Notes under the pieces: model-generated
The model's database searches: none
What the model was told of the DNA's origin: nothing
The model's input: only the letters and a program-made list of their open reading frames with translations
In this document: piece by piece, positions 19,501 to 29,130 of the stretch
Layout of the letters: every line of letters starts with the position of its first letter
Numbering within the stretch: position 1 is the first letter of the stretch
Made by a program: the position numbers and the translations under genes
Source: Candidatus Micrarchaeia archaeon
GTDB taxonomy: Archaea; Micrarchaeota; Micrarchaeia; CABMEP01
Length of the DNA stretch: 64,000 bases
Direction: 5' to 3'
Assembly (NCBI GenBank): GCA_038881595.1
Contig: JAVZPM010000001.1
Location: 211,562 to 275,561, forward strand

Positions 19501-19845
19501 TTAATGAACTTTCAATCCATTTTCAGTTTTTTCACTTGTAGTGATAAGTATTATCTTTCCTTCTGAATTTTCAACAGCTAAAAGCATTCCATTAGATTCA
19601 ACACCTCTAATCTTTCTAGGTTCTAGATTCGCCATAATAATTATTTGTTTTCCTATTATTTCTTCTGGTTTATACATATTTGCTATTCCTGCAACGAGCT
19701 GTCTTTGTTCGTATCCTAAGTCTATTTTCAATTTCAATAATTTGTCTGAGCCTTCTATCTTTTCAGCTTCTAATACAGTTGCAGTTCTTAGATCGATTTT
19801 TAAAAAAGTATTGTAATCAATTTTTTCTGAAATATTTTGTTCCAA
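19501..19845 (-). CDS. tRNA-binding domain protein (Trbp111/CsaA/EMAP-like), 114 aa
   Basis: DLRTATVLEAEKIEGSDKLLKLKIDLGYEQRQLVAGIANMYKPEEIIGKQIIIMANLEPRKIRGVESNGMLLA matches the OB-fold tRNA-binding domain consensus. Confidence 0.7.
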   Translation of the reverse strand: MEQNISEKIDYNTFLKIDLRTATVLEAEKIEGSDKLLKLKIDLGYEQRQLVAGIANMYKPEEIIGKQIIIMANLEPRKIRGVESNGMLLAVENSEGKIILITTSEKTENGLKVH

Positions 19846-19861
19846 ATTATCACCATTAAGC

Positions 19862-20560
19862 TTACATGAATCCTAATGATTCAATGATTCTTTGTTGCTC
19901 AAATGCAGTAGTAGCTTCTCCAAAGATTACAGAATGATTATTTCCAACAAGGCATAGAGATACAAATGGAACTCCACCATTTGCAGTGCTTACTCCACCT
20001 TTTATTTCTAGGAAATTTTCTATCATATCTAATTCATTATTATTAAGGTTAGGATGGGCTACAAACCCATTATCATTTGCAAAGACTACACTTCCAATAA
20101 CATTAAACTTTTCTAATTGCAATGATTCAACTTCCACATCTAGTACATCTCTTATTGTTTTTACTAGATTTTTATCTTTCATTTTTGGATTGATTATGCA
20201 TTTTTTATTATTTACAACTAAATTGTTAGATATTGCGGTGAATTCAGTATCTAGTATTTCAACATTTATATCAATTCCGGTTTCTTTAATTTTTCTTTTT
20301 ACTAAATTTAATTCTTCTTCAAGAATAACTTTCGAAAATAATATTCCTTTATCATTCATTACGGAATAAAGTCCAGTTAAAGGACTTCCAAATATATTCA
20401 CACTAATATCTACAGTTCCGAGTATTTCGCATACTCTTGAGAATTTTTCTGGTTTATTTATTGGCATTAAGGTAATTTTTGAATTACTCTTCATAAATAG
20501 GCCAATATATGGGTTTCCATAGAAGCCTATTTTTTGCAGTTTACTTACCATTTTTCTCAC
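19862..20560 (-). CDS. eif6: Translation initiation factor 6 (aIF6/eIF6), 232 aa
   Basis: GNPYIGLF, the repeated SN..G....P pentein blades and the length all match eIF6. The operon context is conserved. Confidence 0.85.
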   Translation of the reverse strand: MRKMVSKLQKIGFYGNPYIGLFMKSNSKITLMPINKPEKFSRVCEILGTVDISVNIFGSPLTGLYSVMNDKGILFSKVILEEELNLVKRKIKETGIDINVEILDTEFTAISNNLVVNNKKCIINPKMKDKNLVKTIRDVLDVEVESLQLEKFNVIGSVVFANDNGFVAHPNLNNNELDMIENFLEIKGGVSTANGGVPFVSLCLVGNNHSVIFGEATTAFEQQRIIESLGFM

Positions 20561-20563
20561 AAC

Positions 20564-20881
20564 TTATTCTTTCTTTTTTTCTTCTTCCTTTGGTTCTTTT
20601 TTATCTTTCTTTTCTTCCTTTACTTCATTTTGTGGGAGTGTTACTAAAACTATTCCTGTTTTTTCATCCTTTGTTATTTTTACTTTAATTCTTTTTAGTG
20701 GAAATCTACTTCCATTTTTATATATCTCTTTTGTGACTGCATTATCGATTTTAACATCAAAGTAATTTGCCTTAGCATGTCTTGCTGTTAATTCTCTAAG
20801 TAGCTTAATTACAACCTGTCTTCTTTTTGTTCTTGGCTTTTCATAAGCCTTCTTCAAATTTAAAATCATTAATTTTTCCAT
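20564..20881 (-). CDS. rpl31e: Ribosomal protein L31e, 105 aa
   Basis: KRRQVVIKLLRELTARHAKANYFDVKIDNAVTKEIYKNGSRFPLKRIKVKI matches the L31e pattern. A Lys/Glu-rich tail follows. Confidence 0.8.
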   Translation of the reverse strand: MEKLMILNLKKAYEKPRTKRRQVVIKLLRELTARHAKANYFDVKIDNAVTKEIYKNGSRFPLKRIKVKITKDEKTGIVLVTLPQNEVKEEKKDKKEPKEEEKKKE

Positions 20882-20889
20882 ACGATCAC

Positions 20890-21057
20890 CTACTCTTTCT
20901 CTCTCGCTCTAAGTTTTTGACTTCTCCAATGTCTTCTTGATGGAGTTGTATTTACTCTTCTTCCAGTTTTCAACCTAACAAAGATTGGAACAGGTCTTGC
21001 TGATTTAGCTGCACTGACCAATCTCTTTTTCTTTTGAGCAGATTTTTTGCTTCCCAT
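20890..21057 (-). CDS. rpl39e: Ribosomal protein L39e, 55 aa (not in ORF track; below length cutoff)
   Basis: Reverse-strand translation gives MGSKKSAQKKKRLVSAAKSARPVPIFVRLKTGRRVNTTPSRRHWRSQKLRAREKE. This is the conserved L39e pattern (KKxRLAKAxKQNRxVPxWV..KTxRRV...P.RRHWRR.KL). Confidence 0.75.
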   Translation of the reverse strand: MGSKKSAQKKKRLVSAAKSARPVPIFVRLKTGRRVNTTPSRRHWRSQKLRAREKE

Positions 21058-21058
21058 A

Positions 21059-21331
21059 TTATTTCCTCCTTATATGAATTTTAGTTTCTGGCTGTTTTGA
21101 AACAGCCAAATTCATGTTTAGTATCGTTAATAATTCCTTTTCAGTTATTCTTCTTCTTACTTTTTGGTAATAATGAATTAACGCATTAGCAACTTTTAGA
21201 TAAAGTTCTGGATTAGAAAGTCTTACATTCATGAGGCGAGTATAAGCATTATCTTCCAAAATAACACTTAATGTCTTTTTTAGCTGGAGTTCAGCTTGCT
21301 GAGCAGCCAGAATTTTATCCTCTTCCTCCAA
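21059..21331 (-). CDS. PDCD5/TFAR19-like dsDNA-binding protein, 90 aa
   Basis: LQLKKTLSVILEDNAYTRLMNVRLSNPELYLKVANALIHYYQKVRRRITEKELLTILN matches the archaeal PDCD5 homologues usually found next to rps19e. Confidence 0.7.
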   Translation of the reverse strand: MEEEDKILAAQQAELQLKKTLSVILEDNAYTRLMNVRLSNPELYLKVANALIHYYQKVRRRITEKELLTILNMNLAVSKQPETKIHIRRK

Positions 21332-21343
21332 GATCTCACCTTC

Positions 21344-21760
21344 TTACTTTCTTGAAATTTCTTTCGCTACGCTATTAAGAAGAGAGATCCCTTTATTTGA
21401 AATATGTCTTCCTTTTTTATCCTTAGTTATTAGATTTGCTTTTTCAAGTTGTTGCAATGCTTTTCTGATAATAGAACCACCAGCTTTAGTAGTATGCATT
21501 CTTCCGCTTTTACTTCCAGGCTTTCCTCCAAATCTTTCTCTAAGAGTATTGACACCCATCGGACCTTCAATATAAAGCGCTCTCAATATAGCTGCGCATC
21601 TTACATACCAGAAGTCTTCATCTTGTGGGACTCTTTCTCTGTGTGGTCCTGTTTTAACATATATTATCCATTCAGGTGGAGAAACCATTCCATCTTCTTT
21701 AAGTTTTTGAGCAACTCCTTTTATAAGTTTATTTGGCTCTACATCAAATACAGTAATCAT
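21344..21760 (-). CDS. rps19e: Ribosomal protein S19e, about 138 aa (start taken at MITVFDV; the upstream ORF extension is probably not translated)
   Basis: MITVFDVEPNKLIKGVAQKLKE...PEWIIYVKTGPHRERVPQDEDFWYVRCAAILRALYIEGPMGVNTLRERFGG..K..G matches S19e throughout. Confidence 0.85.
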   Translation of the reverse strand: MITVFDVEPNKLIKGVAQKLKEDGMVSPPEWIIYVKTGPHRERVPQDEDFWYVRCAAILRALYIEGPMGVNTLRERFGGKPGSKSGRMHTTKAGGSIIRKALQQLEKANLITKDKKGRHISNKGISLLNSVAKEISRK

Positions 21761-21761
21761 T

Positions 21762-22061
21762 TCAATCCCTCTTTTTAGCATACCCAAAGCGCCGCACTGA
21801 TCCGCATGAGCACACATATTCAACGGATTTGCTTCGCTTGTTTAATTTTATTTTAACATTATATCCTGGAATCCATATTATATTACATATCTTGCATATT
21901 CTTTTTTTAAATCTTTTCGGAATAGCGACTCTGTATCTTGAAGAGAGTTTCCTTGCAAGAGATACATATCTTTTAGTTCTTTCTTGTTTTGTCTTTGCGT
22001 ATTTTTCTGCAAGTCCAAGAAGCCATTCTATTCTCTCAAGAACCAGCTTCTCTTTATTCAT
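21762..22061 (-). CDS. rnp4: RNase P protein subunit Rpp21/Rnp4 (Zn-ribbon), 99 aa
   Basis: RIEWLLGLAEKYAKTKQERTKRYVSLARKLSSRYRVAIP..CKICNIIWIPGYNVKIKLNKRSKSVEYVCSCGSVRRF: the helical arm with RY..LAR.IS plus a CxxC..CxC zinc ribbon. Confidence 0.75.
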   Translation of the reverse strand: MNKEKLVLERIEWLLGLAEKYAKTKQERTKRYVSLARKLSSRYRVAIPKRFKKRICKICNIIWIPGYNVKIKLNKRSKSVEYVCSCGSVRRFGYAKKRD

Positions 22062-22076
22062 TTTGAAACCTTTAAA

Positions 22077-22187
22077 TGGGCCGGCGGAGATTTGAACTCC
22101 GGACCTACAGTTATCCTAAACCAGTTCTGAATATATCAGAACGCGCCATATAAGACTGTCGCTCTGACCTGGCTGAGCTACCGGCCC
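22077..22187 (-). tRNA. tRNA-Ile (anticodon TAT) with canonical 36-nt intron (plus-strand 22113-22148)
   Basis: Reverse complement GGGCCGG-TA-GCTC-AGCCAGGTCA-GAGC-G-ACAGT-CTTATA[intron TGGCGCGTTCTGATATATTCAGAACTGGTTTAGGAT]A-ACTGT-AGGTC-CGGAGTTCAAATCTCCG-CCGGCCC-A. The acceptor and D-arm, GGGCCGGTAGCTCAGCC.GGTCAGAGCG, is the archaeal tRNA-Ile signature. U33 is followed by UAU. The intron has a perfect GTTCTGA/TCAGAAC hairpin. Confidence 0.7.
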
Positions 22188-22279
22188 TTATTATCTAGAC
22201 ACGAAATACTGTAGAATAGCAGAATTAATATTATATTATAAAATATATAATTCTTTCTGTGACTATGGAGATAGAAGTA

Positions 22280-22723
22280 CTATTCACAACCAATACAATG
22301 TTCACAACCATGGCATTGCATTGATGTATATGAGTCAACAGCATCTTTAAGTATTTCATTATGATCGAATCCGAGTTTTGGTACTTTATCTAAATCAAAC
22401 CATTTTACTTCTTTAACTTCTTCATTTTCAGTCAAATTAATAGTATTATCTTTTGGAAATGCTAGAAATGCTATGCTTATAGTATGTCTTTTATCTCTTT
22501 TGGGGTTTGAATATACACCAATTATACCTAACAATTCAACATCAACTCCAGTTTCTTCTTTAATTTCTCTTATTGCTGCATGTTCAATATCTTCATTAAT
22601 TTCTACAAACCCCCCAGGTAAACACCATTTTCCTATAAAAGGAGATTTTTTTCTTTTTATAAGAAGTACTTTATTATCATGGATTACTACAACATCAACA
22701 GCAGTAGGTCTATATTCTTTCAT
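22280..22723 (-). CDS. NUDIX hydrolase, 147 aa
   Basis: The Nudix box GGFVEINEDIEHAAIREIKEETGV (GX5EX7REUXEEXGU) is present. A C-terminal Cys cluster, CHGCEHCIGCE, follows. Confidence 0.8.
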   Translation of the reverse strand: MKEYRPTAVDVVVIHDNKVLLIKRKKSPFIGKWCLPGGFVEINEDIEHAAIREIKEETGVDVELLGIIGVYSNPKRDKRHTISIAFLAFPKDNTINLTENEEVKEVKWFDLDKVPKLGFDHNEILKDAVDSYTSMQCHGCEHCIGCE

Positions 22724-22741
22724 TTTATCACCGTTTCGAAT

Positions 22742-23428
22742 TTACTGTTCTCCTTTTTCTATTCCATCACATTCCTGTTTATAAGGACAGAAATTACACA
22801 TCCATCTTTTCTTTATATCTAATTTAGCCTCTGGTTCTGGAATTTCATTGTTCTTAACAGAATAATGCAATTTTTTGAATCTTGCAATTATCTTATCTGC
22901 AATAGTGGGGTCGTATTCTAAGAAAAACGCTTTACTCTTTAATGTATTCTTCTCTATATACAGTATCGCACCGTTTTTTACGCCAGTTACATGCATATAG
23001 AATTGTAGTTGCATTACATATGATTCTGAAGGTTCTTTAAGTGTATCTAATGATTTTGTTGATTTAACCTCTACAAGAACTTTTTCACCATTATGCTCTA
23101 ATTGTATAAGATCATCAATTCTACCAATTACTTCAAATTCATCTATTTTATATTTCAAAGGTAATTCACTTTCTATAAGTTTTACTTCAGGGTTTTTTTC
23201 ACTTTTTAAAACTTCTACTATGAATGCATGAAAAAGATTTCCTGCCTCAAATACTTTAGTAACTTCTGGTTCTACTGGTTTTGGTATTTTAATGTTAAAC
23301 CAAGACTTTCTTAAACACTGACCGATTTCGGAAGGGTAGTATCTATTTTCTATTCTTTGTTTGACTTCCCTATGCAGATATCTATCTATAAATTTGTCAA
23401 AATCTATGTATTCCACCATATAGCTCAC
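22742..23428 (-). CDS. Cas4-like PD-(D/E)xK nuclease with 4-Cys cluster (DUF83 family), stand-alone, 228 aa
   Basis: An N-terminal Cys (YPSEIGQC), the catalytic core IGRIDDLIQ...LVEVKSTK (D..ExK), QLQFYMHV (QxxxY) and C-terminal CNFCPYKQEC add up to 1+3 Cys, as in Cas4 or RecB-family Fe-S nucleases. No CRISPR array or cas genes are in the window. Confidence 0.6.
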   Translation of the reverse strand: MSYMVEYIDFDKFIDRYLHREVKQRIENRYYPSEIGQCLRKSWFNIKIPKPVEPEVTKVFEAGNLFHAFIVEVLKSEKNPEVKLIESELPLKYKIDEFEVIGRIDDLIQLEHNGEKVLVEVKSTKSLDTLKEPSESYVMQLQFYMHVTGVKNGAILYIEKNTLKSKAFFLEYDPTIADKIIARFKKLHYSVKNNEIPEPEAKLDIKKRWMCNFCPYKQECDGIEKGEQ

Positions 23429-23562
23429 TTATTATTTCTAACTTATCTTTATATTTGTTCCTAAAGTTAATTTCATGTGACTATCTAAGGCTAAAAAGCG
23501 AATATTTTTATTTATTATTTCATATTATTTTATTACTATTTAATTTTCTATTCTTTTAAAAT

Positions 23563-23637
23563 GGGCCCGTAGCTCAGTTTGGCCAGAGCGTTCGGCTCTT
23601 AACCGAAAAGTCGTGGGTTCAAATCCCACCGGGCCCG
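23563..23637 (+). tRNA. tRNA-Lys (anticodon CTT)
   Basis: GGGCCCG-TA-GCTC-AGTTTGGCC-AGAGC-G-TTCGG-CTCTTAA-CCGAA-AAGTC-GTGGGTTCAAATCCCAC-CGGGCCC-G: a perfect cloverleaf of 75 nt, with G73 as in archaeal tRNA-Lys. No intron. Confidence 0.85.
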
Positions 23638-23648
23638 CTTCTAAATAA

Positions 23649-24606
<958 letters not shown>

Positions 24607-24637
24607 TAATAAAATACCTTTTTTTGTTATCTATTTA

Positions 24638-25351
24638 ATGGGATCTTTAGCAGTTAAAGAGGAAGAGGAAAGAGAAAAGAAAAGAAGAGAGGAAGAGAAA
24701 AAGAAAAAAGAGCAGCAATCAAAGGAAGAACTACACCATAAGACAGAAGCAAAGAAGGAAGCAATTACTAAAGGAGAGATGAAAGAAATGTCTTTCGGAG
24801 AGGCAAAACCTATTGTTGAAGTAGGGTACATGAAAGTACATATAAAAGGAACGCTTGCCTCTGAAAAATATGAACCGGTTATAAAGGAGTCGCTTGCGGT
24901 AAAGCTGATAGAAGAAGAAAGGAAAAAAGAGATTGAGAAAGAAAAGGAGAGGATTACAGAAGAGATACAAAAAGCAGAAGAAAAAATCAGAAGAGAGGAA
25001 GAGGCAATAAAACAGATAAGGGAAGAAATAACTAAAATGGGAGAAAAGGAAATCAAAGAGAAAGAAGCAAAGATTAAAGAAAAGTTAGAGAAAGAAAAGG
25101 CACAAGAAAGGATAAGGAAGGAAAAGGAGCAGATAAAGAAACTTCTCGATGATGCAAGGAAGAAAGGAATGCTAGAACCCATAAAAGATATTGCAAGGGA
25201 ATTACTAGAAAGAGAGATAAGAAGAGGAACTCCTCCAAGGAGGGCATTGCAAACGGTGATGGTAATACTGAAGAGATTGGATCTTGTTAAGACAAAGAAG
25301 GAGAAGAAATCAATATTCGGTTTTCTTAAATCATTATTAAAGAAAAAATAA
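24638..25351 (+). CDS. Highly charged Glu/Lys-rich coiled-coil protein, about 237 aa (start at MGSLAV; the ORF-track start 24560 overlaps the pseudogene tail)
   Basis: Long EEKKK/REEE runs predict a continuous coiled coil. No enzymatic motif was seen. Confidence 0.4.
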   Translation: MGSLAVKEEEEREKKRREEEKKKKEQQSKEELHHKTEAKKEAITKGEMKEMSFGEAKPIVEVGYMKVHIKGTLASEKYEPVIKESLAVKLIEEERKKEIEKEKERITEEIQKAEEKIRREEEAIKQIREEITKMGEKEIKEKEAKIKEKLEKEKAQERIRKEKEQIKKLLDDARKKGMLEPIKDIARELLEREIRRGTPPRRALQTVMVILKRLDLVKTKKEKKSIFGFLKSLLKKK

Positions 25352-25398
25352 TTTGAGCCAAATTATATTGGATAGTTAATTCAAATCAAAATAATAAG

Positions 25399-26163
25399 TT
25401 GACCGGTGTTTTTATGTCTTCTCATTCAAAAAAGTTAAAGATCATAGAAATGTACAATAAATTACTTTCAGATTACGGTAGACAAGGCTGGTGGCCAATA
25501 AAATCATTAGCAGGAAAAAAAGGTTTCGATGAAAGAGGATATCATAAAGGTATTTTCACTTATCCTAAAACAAGAGAACAAAGGTTTGAAATAGTCATAG
25601 GAGCAATATTAACTCAAAACACAAATTGGAAAAATGTTGAAAAAGCATTGGAAAATTTATTTTCTTTTAATTTAATATCTCCTGAAGCAATATTAAGTGC
25701 AGATGAGAAAGAGCTAGCTGAAAAGATTCGTTCAGCAGGTTATTTCAATCAAAAGGCAAAAAAATTGAAGTATATCTCTTTATGGTTTATAGAAAATGAT
25801 AACAAACTTAAGAAGCTTAATAGAGTATTATTCAATTCAAAAAAAGAGGCAATCAAAATTCTTGAAGCACGAAAGAATCTTCTTGATGTACACGGTGTGG
25901 GTTTTGAAACTGCAGATTCTATTCTTTTATATGCTTATAATCTACCTATATTTGTGGTAGATACATATACAAAAAGACTTTTCAGAAAAGCAGGTTTGCT
26001 GTCAGCTAAGAATATGTCACATGAAAAAGAGTATCAAATTATTCAAGATATGGTTCATTCAACATTTTCAGATTTATCAAATGCAGATAAATTTAAAATT
26101 TTCAATGAGTTTCACGCTTTGATTGTAGAATGGGGTAAAAATAATTCAAAAAACAGTTTCTAA
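25399..26163 (+). CDS. HhH-GPD superfamily protein (endonuclease III-related, COG2231-like), 254 aa
   Basis: The helix-hairpin-helix LLDVHGVGFETADSILLYAY is followed by VVDTYTKRLFRKAGL, with the catalytic Asp after a Gly/Pro-rich loop. There is no C-terminal 4Cys cluster. Confidence 0.65.
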   Translation: MTGVFMSSHSKKLKIIEMYNKLLSDYGRQGWWPIKSLAGKKGFDERGYHKGIFTYPKTREQRFEIVIGAILTQNTNWKNVEKALENLFSFNLISPEAILSADEKELAEKIRSAGYFNQKAKKLKYISLWFIENDNKLKKLNRVLFNSKKEAIKILEARKNLLDVHGVGFETADSILLYAYNLPIFVVDTYTKRLFRKAGLLSAKNMSHEKEYQIIQDMVHSTFSDLSNADKFKIFNEFHALIVEWGKNNSKNSF

Positions 26164-26306
26164 TTCAGATATAAAAAGAAACCTTTTTATATATGCTTAA
26201 AAATTTAGAAAAGAATTTAAATAACAAAACACATTATATATGAGGCATAATAAAACTAATGATTAAAAATAAGCAATATAGGATGCACCCAGTGAGGCTA
26301 GATTGA

Positions 26307-27176
26307 ATGAAAACTGATATTAAAGATATAAAAGAAGAGGCATTAAAAAGTCAAATAAGACTTGAAACAGAACTTCTTTATAATCCACTAGTTACTGATT
26401 ATCTAAAAACTAATTTTGGTGAAAACTCGATCAAAGTAATTTCCGCTGCTCTGGAAGAAATGACAGATGACGCAATAGCAGCAAGATGCAAGCTTAAAGT
26501 CGCAGAAGTAAGAGCAATACTAAATAAGCTTTACAACTACAAAATGGCAGAGTATAAAAGAATAAAGGACAGAGATACTGGCTGGTTTTCATATATATGG
26601 AAGATAGACGTATCTAATATTCTCAATATAATAAAGGAGCAAACAATAAATAGAATAGAGGAGCTAGATAAAACAGTAGAAAAAATGAATACAGAATTTG
26701 TATACTACTGTCCACAATGCTCAAAAACAAATCTAATAAGTTTTGATCTTGCAGCTGATTTGATGTTTAGATGTCCAAATTGTGAAAATAAACTATTGGA
26801 AAAAGAAAGAGATTCAAAAGATAAGTATGAAAAAGAGCTTATTGAATTAAAATCTAAACACATTTCTTTACTTGAGGATATAAGAAAGTTCGAAGAACTT
26901 AAACGTCAAGAAGAAATTAGAATAAAGGAGCTCCAGGAGAAGATGGCGGAGATGACAAAGATAGAAGAATTATCTAAATCTAAATCAAAGATTAAAAGAG
27001 TAGTAAGTAATAAGATAATTAAGAAGTCAAATAGGAAGTTAAATAATAATTTAAACAAAAAGTCATCTATTAAAGTTAAGCATATGAAATCTAAGGAAGT
27101 ATCAAGAGGCAAAGAAGCAATTATTAAAAAGAAATCATCAAAACCTGCAAAATCAAAAGGTAAGAAAAAGAGATAA
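26307..27176 (+). CDS. tfe: Transcription factor E (TFIIE-alpha homologue) with Lys-rich C-terminal extension, 289 aa
   Basis: An N-terminal winged helix (..EEMTDDAIAARCKLKVAEVRAILNKLYNYKMAEYKRIKDRDTGWFSYIWKID) and the zinc ribbon YYCPQCSKT...FRCPNCENKL are present. A coiled-coil and basic tail follow. Confidence 0.75.
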   Translation: MKTDIKDIKEEALKSQIRLETELLYNPLVTDYLKTNFGENSIKVISAALEEMTDDAIAARCKLKVAEVRAILNKLYNYKMAEYKRIKDRDTGWFSYIWKIDVSNILNIIKEQTINRIEELDKTVEKMNTEFVYYCPQCSKTNLISFDLAADLMFRCPNCENKLLEKERDSKDKYEKELIELKSKHISLLEDIRKFEELKRQEEIRIKELQEKMAEMTKIEELSKSKSKIKRVVSNKIIKKSNRKLNNNLNKKSSIKVKHMKSKEVSRGKEAIIKKKSSKPAKSKGKKKR

Positions 27177-27318
27177 CCTTAATGATTTAAATATTTTCTT
27201 ATATGATATTTATTCAGTTATATAATTCACAATATACTAAAGTTATTCGATTGTATAATTTTATTTGATGATTTTATTCTATTAAATTTAATTTATACTT
27301 TATGTTACAGGTGAATAT

Positions 27319-27507
27319 ATGGATTATTCTGAATTTACTAAGTTTGAAATTGCAAGATTAATCGGTGCAAGAGCTCTTCAGTTATCAATGGGAGCACCAC
27401 CAATGATAGAATTGCCGAATAATACGTTTGAACCTTCTGCTATTGCAAAGCTTGAATTTGAAAAGGGTGTAATTCCCCTTACAGTTTATAGGCCAAATAA
27501 AGGCTGA
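27319..27507 (+). CDS. rpoK: DNA-directed RNA polymerase subunit K (Rpb6/omega homologue), 62 aa
   Basis: FTKFEIARLIGARALQLSMGAPPMIE is the RpoK/Rpb6 signature. Confidence 0.85.
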   Translation: MDYSEFTKFEIARLIGARALQLSMGAPPMIELPNNTFEPSAIAKLEFEKGVIPLTVYRPNKG

Positions 27508-27535
27508 TTTCTATAATATTTAAAGGTGTTTAAAA

Positions 27536-28081
27536 ATGTTGGAATTGATATTTGGTTTAATAGTGCTTATAGTAATTATTGCTGTTTTAATATATAATAA
27601 CCTAATTGTACTAAGAAACAATGTTGAAAATGCATGGGCACAGATTGATGTGCAATTAAAGAGAAGAGCAGATCTTATTCCTAATTTAGTAAATACAGTG
27701 AAAGGATATATGAAACATGAGAGAGAAACTCTTGAAAATATAACAAAAGCAAGAGCCGCATTAATGTCTGCAAAAACACCACGAGAGGCAGCGCAAGCAG
27801 ATAATATGCTCTCAAGCGCGCTTAAGTCCTTATTTGCAGTTGCAGAGAATTATCCAAATCTAAGGGCAAGTGAAAACTTCCTTAGATTACAAGAAGATCT
27901 TTCAGACACAGAAAACAAAGTAGCATATTCTAGGCAGTTGTATAATGATAACGTTCTCTTATACAACAGAACAATTCAAACAATTCCAAACAACATCATA
28001 GCTAGAATTTTCGGTTTCAAAGAAAAGGAATATTTCAAAGCCGAAGAAGAAGCAAAGAAAGCACCAGAAGTCAAATTTTGA
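27536..28081 (+). CDS. LemA family protein, 181 aa
   Basis: An N-terminal TM is followed by [50 protein letters not shown], the canonical LemA motifs. Confidence 0.8.
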   Translation: MLELIFGLIVLIVIIAVLIYNNLIVLRNNVENAWAQIDVQLKRRADLIPNLVNTVKGYMKHERETLENITKARAALMSAKTPREAAQADNMLSSALKSLFAVAENYPNLRASENFLRLQEDLSDTENKVAYSRQLYNDNVLLYNRTIQTIPNNIIARIFGFKEKEYFKAEEEAKKAPEVKF

Positions 28082-28183
28082 TTTAAGTTAATTCTGATTT
28101 TTTATTTTTAGTTTTCTACTTATTTTATATTTAATTTTTAGGAACATTTTTTATGTATACTCTTAACTTAACTATTATATTTT

Positions 28184-29113
28184 TTATATTGTTTCAGTCA
28201 GGATAAATATCCCACTATTTCTTCCAACTAAATTTTCTACTTCAATAGAAGCATTAAGTGATTCCCTTGGTGTTTTATATATTCCAAAAACTGCACCGCC
28301 AGAACCAGATAATAATGCGCATTCAGCTCCAGCTTCCTTAAAACATCTCTTTACTTTCTCAAGAATTGGATACATCTTGAATACCACAATTTCAAAATCG
28401 TTATATGCAAGGTCCCCTATTCCATTCCAATTTCCTTTTATCAGCTCTTTCTTCATCAGACACAATCTTGCCATTAAAGCCTTGTCGTAATTAGGGCCTA
28501 TTTTCTCTTTTTCTTTATCTATCATATTATAAAGTGTTCCAGTTTTAGAAGGATATTCTGCCATATATCCATGAGGTATGTATATTGATACATATCTCTT
28601 AGGAAGAAAGTATTTTTCTATTATCTTGTCTCCGTATCTTTCAGCATAAGTTGCATTTCTATACATTCCCTGTGGAACATCGGCACCTATTTCTGCACCT
28701 ATCTCCAACATTTCCTCTTCATTAAGTCCTAACTTAAATCTTTCATTAATAAATTTGATTACAGGAACTGCATCAACCGCGCTTCCACCCAAACCACTTG
28801 CGATAGGAATCTTTTTTTCTATATGTATTTGATAGTTGATTTGATCTATCTTTAATTTTGTTTTTTCGCAGATTTTAATTATTGCTTTGTAAACGCTGTT
28901 TTTTTCATTAAGCGGTATTTTTTCATTGCTTGTAAGTTTAATTCCTTTGTCTTTTGTTTCTTTTATTATCACTTCATCAAATAAATCTAGAGGCTGGAAA
29001 ACAGTTTTCAATAAATGATATCCTTTTTCATCTTTTTTCCCTACTTGTAAGAAAAGATTTATTTTTGCATGAGCTTTCAATGTAACCATATCTCTATCTA
29101 ATTGCATTGTCAT
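28184..29113 (-). CDS. GHMP kinase, IspE-like (4-diphosphocytidyl-2-C-methyl-D-erythritol kinase homologue), 309 aa
   Basis: N-terminal KAHAKINLFLQVGKKDEKGYHLLKTVFQPLDL (IspE signature AKINLFL..GYH.L.T.F) and the GHMP ATP motif IPIASGLGGSAVDAV are present. Confidence 0.6.
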   Translation of the reverse strand: MTMQLDRDMVTLKAHAKINLFLQVGKKDEKGYHLLKTVFQPLDLFDEVIIKETKDKGIKLTSNEKIPLNEKNSVYKAIIKICEKTKLKIDQINYQIHIEKKIPIASGLGGSAVDAVPVIKFINERFKLGLNEEEMLEIGAEIGADVPQGMYRNATYAERYGDKIIEKYFLPKRYVSIYIPHGYMAEYPSKTGTLYNMIDKEKEKIGPNYDKALMARLCLMKKELIKGNWNGIGDLAYNDFEIVVFKMYPILEKVKRCFKEAGAECALLSGSGGAVFGIYKTPRESLNASIEVENLVGRNSGIFILTETI

Positions 29114-29130
29114 TTTATCACTTTATTAGA

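Noticed and set aside
21761-21823. N-terminal extension MNMCAHADQCGALGMLKRGIE of rps19e
   Set aside because: S19e homologues start at the MITVFDV-like Met. The extension would overlap the rnp4 stop region.
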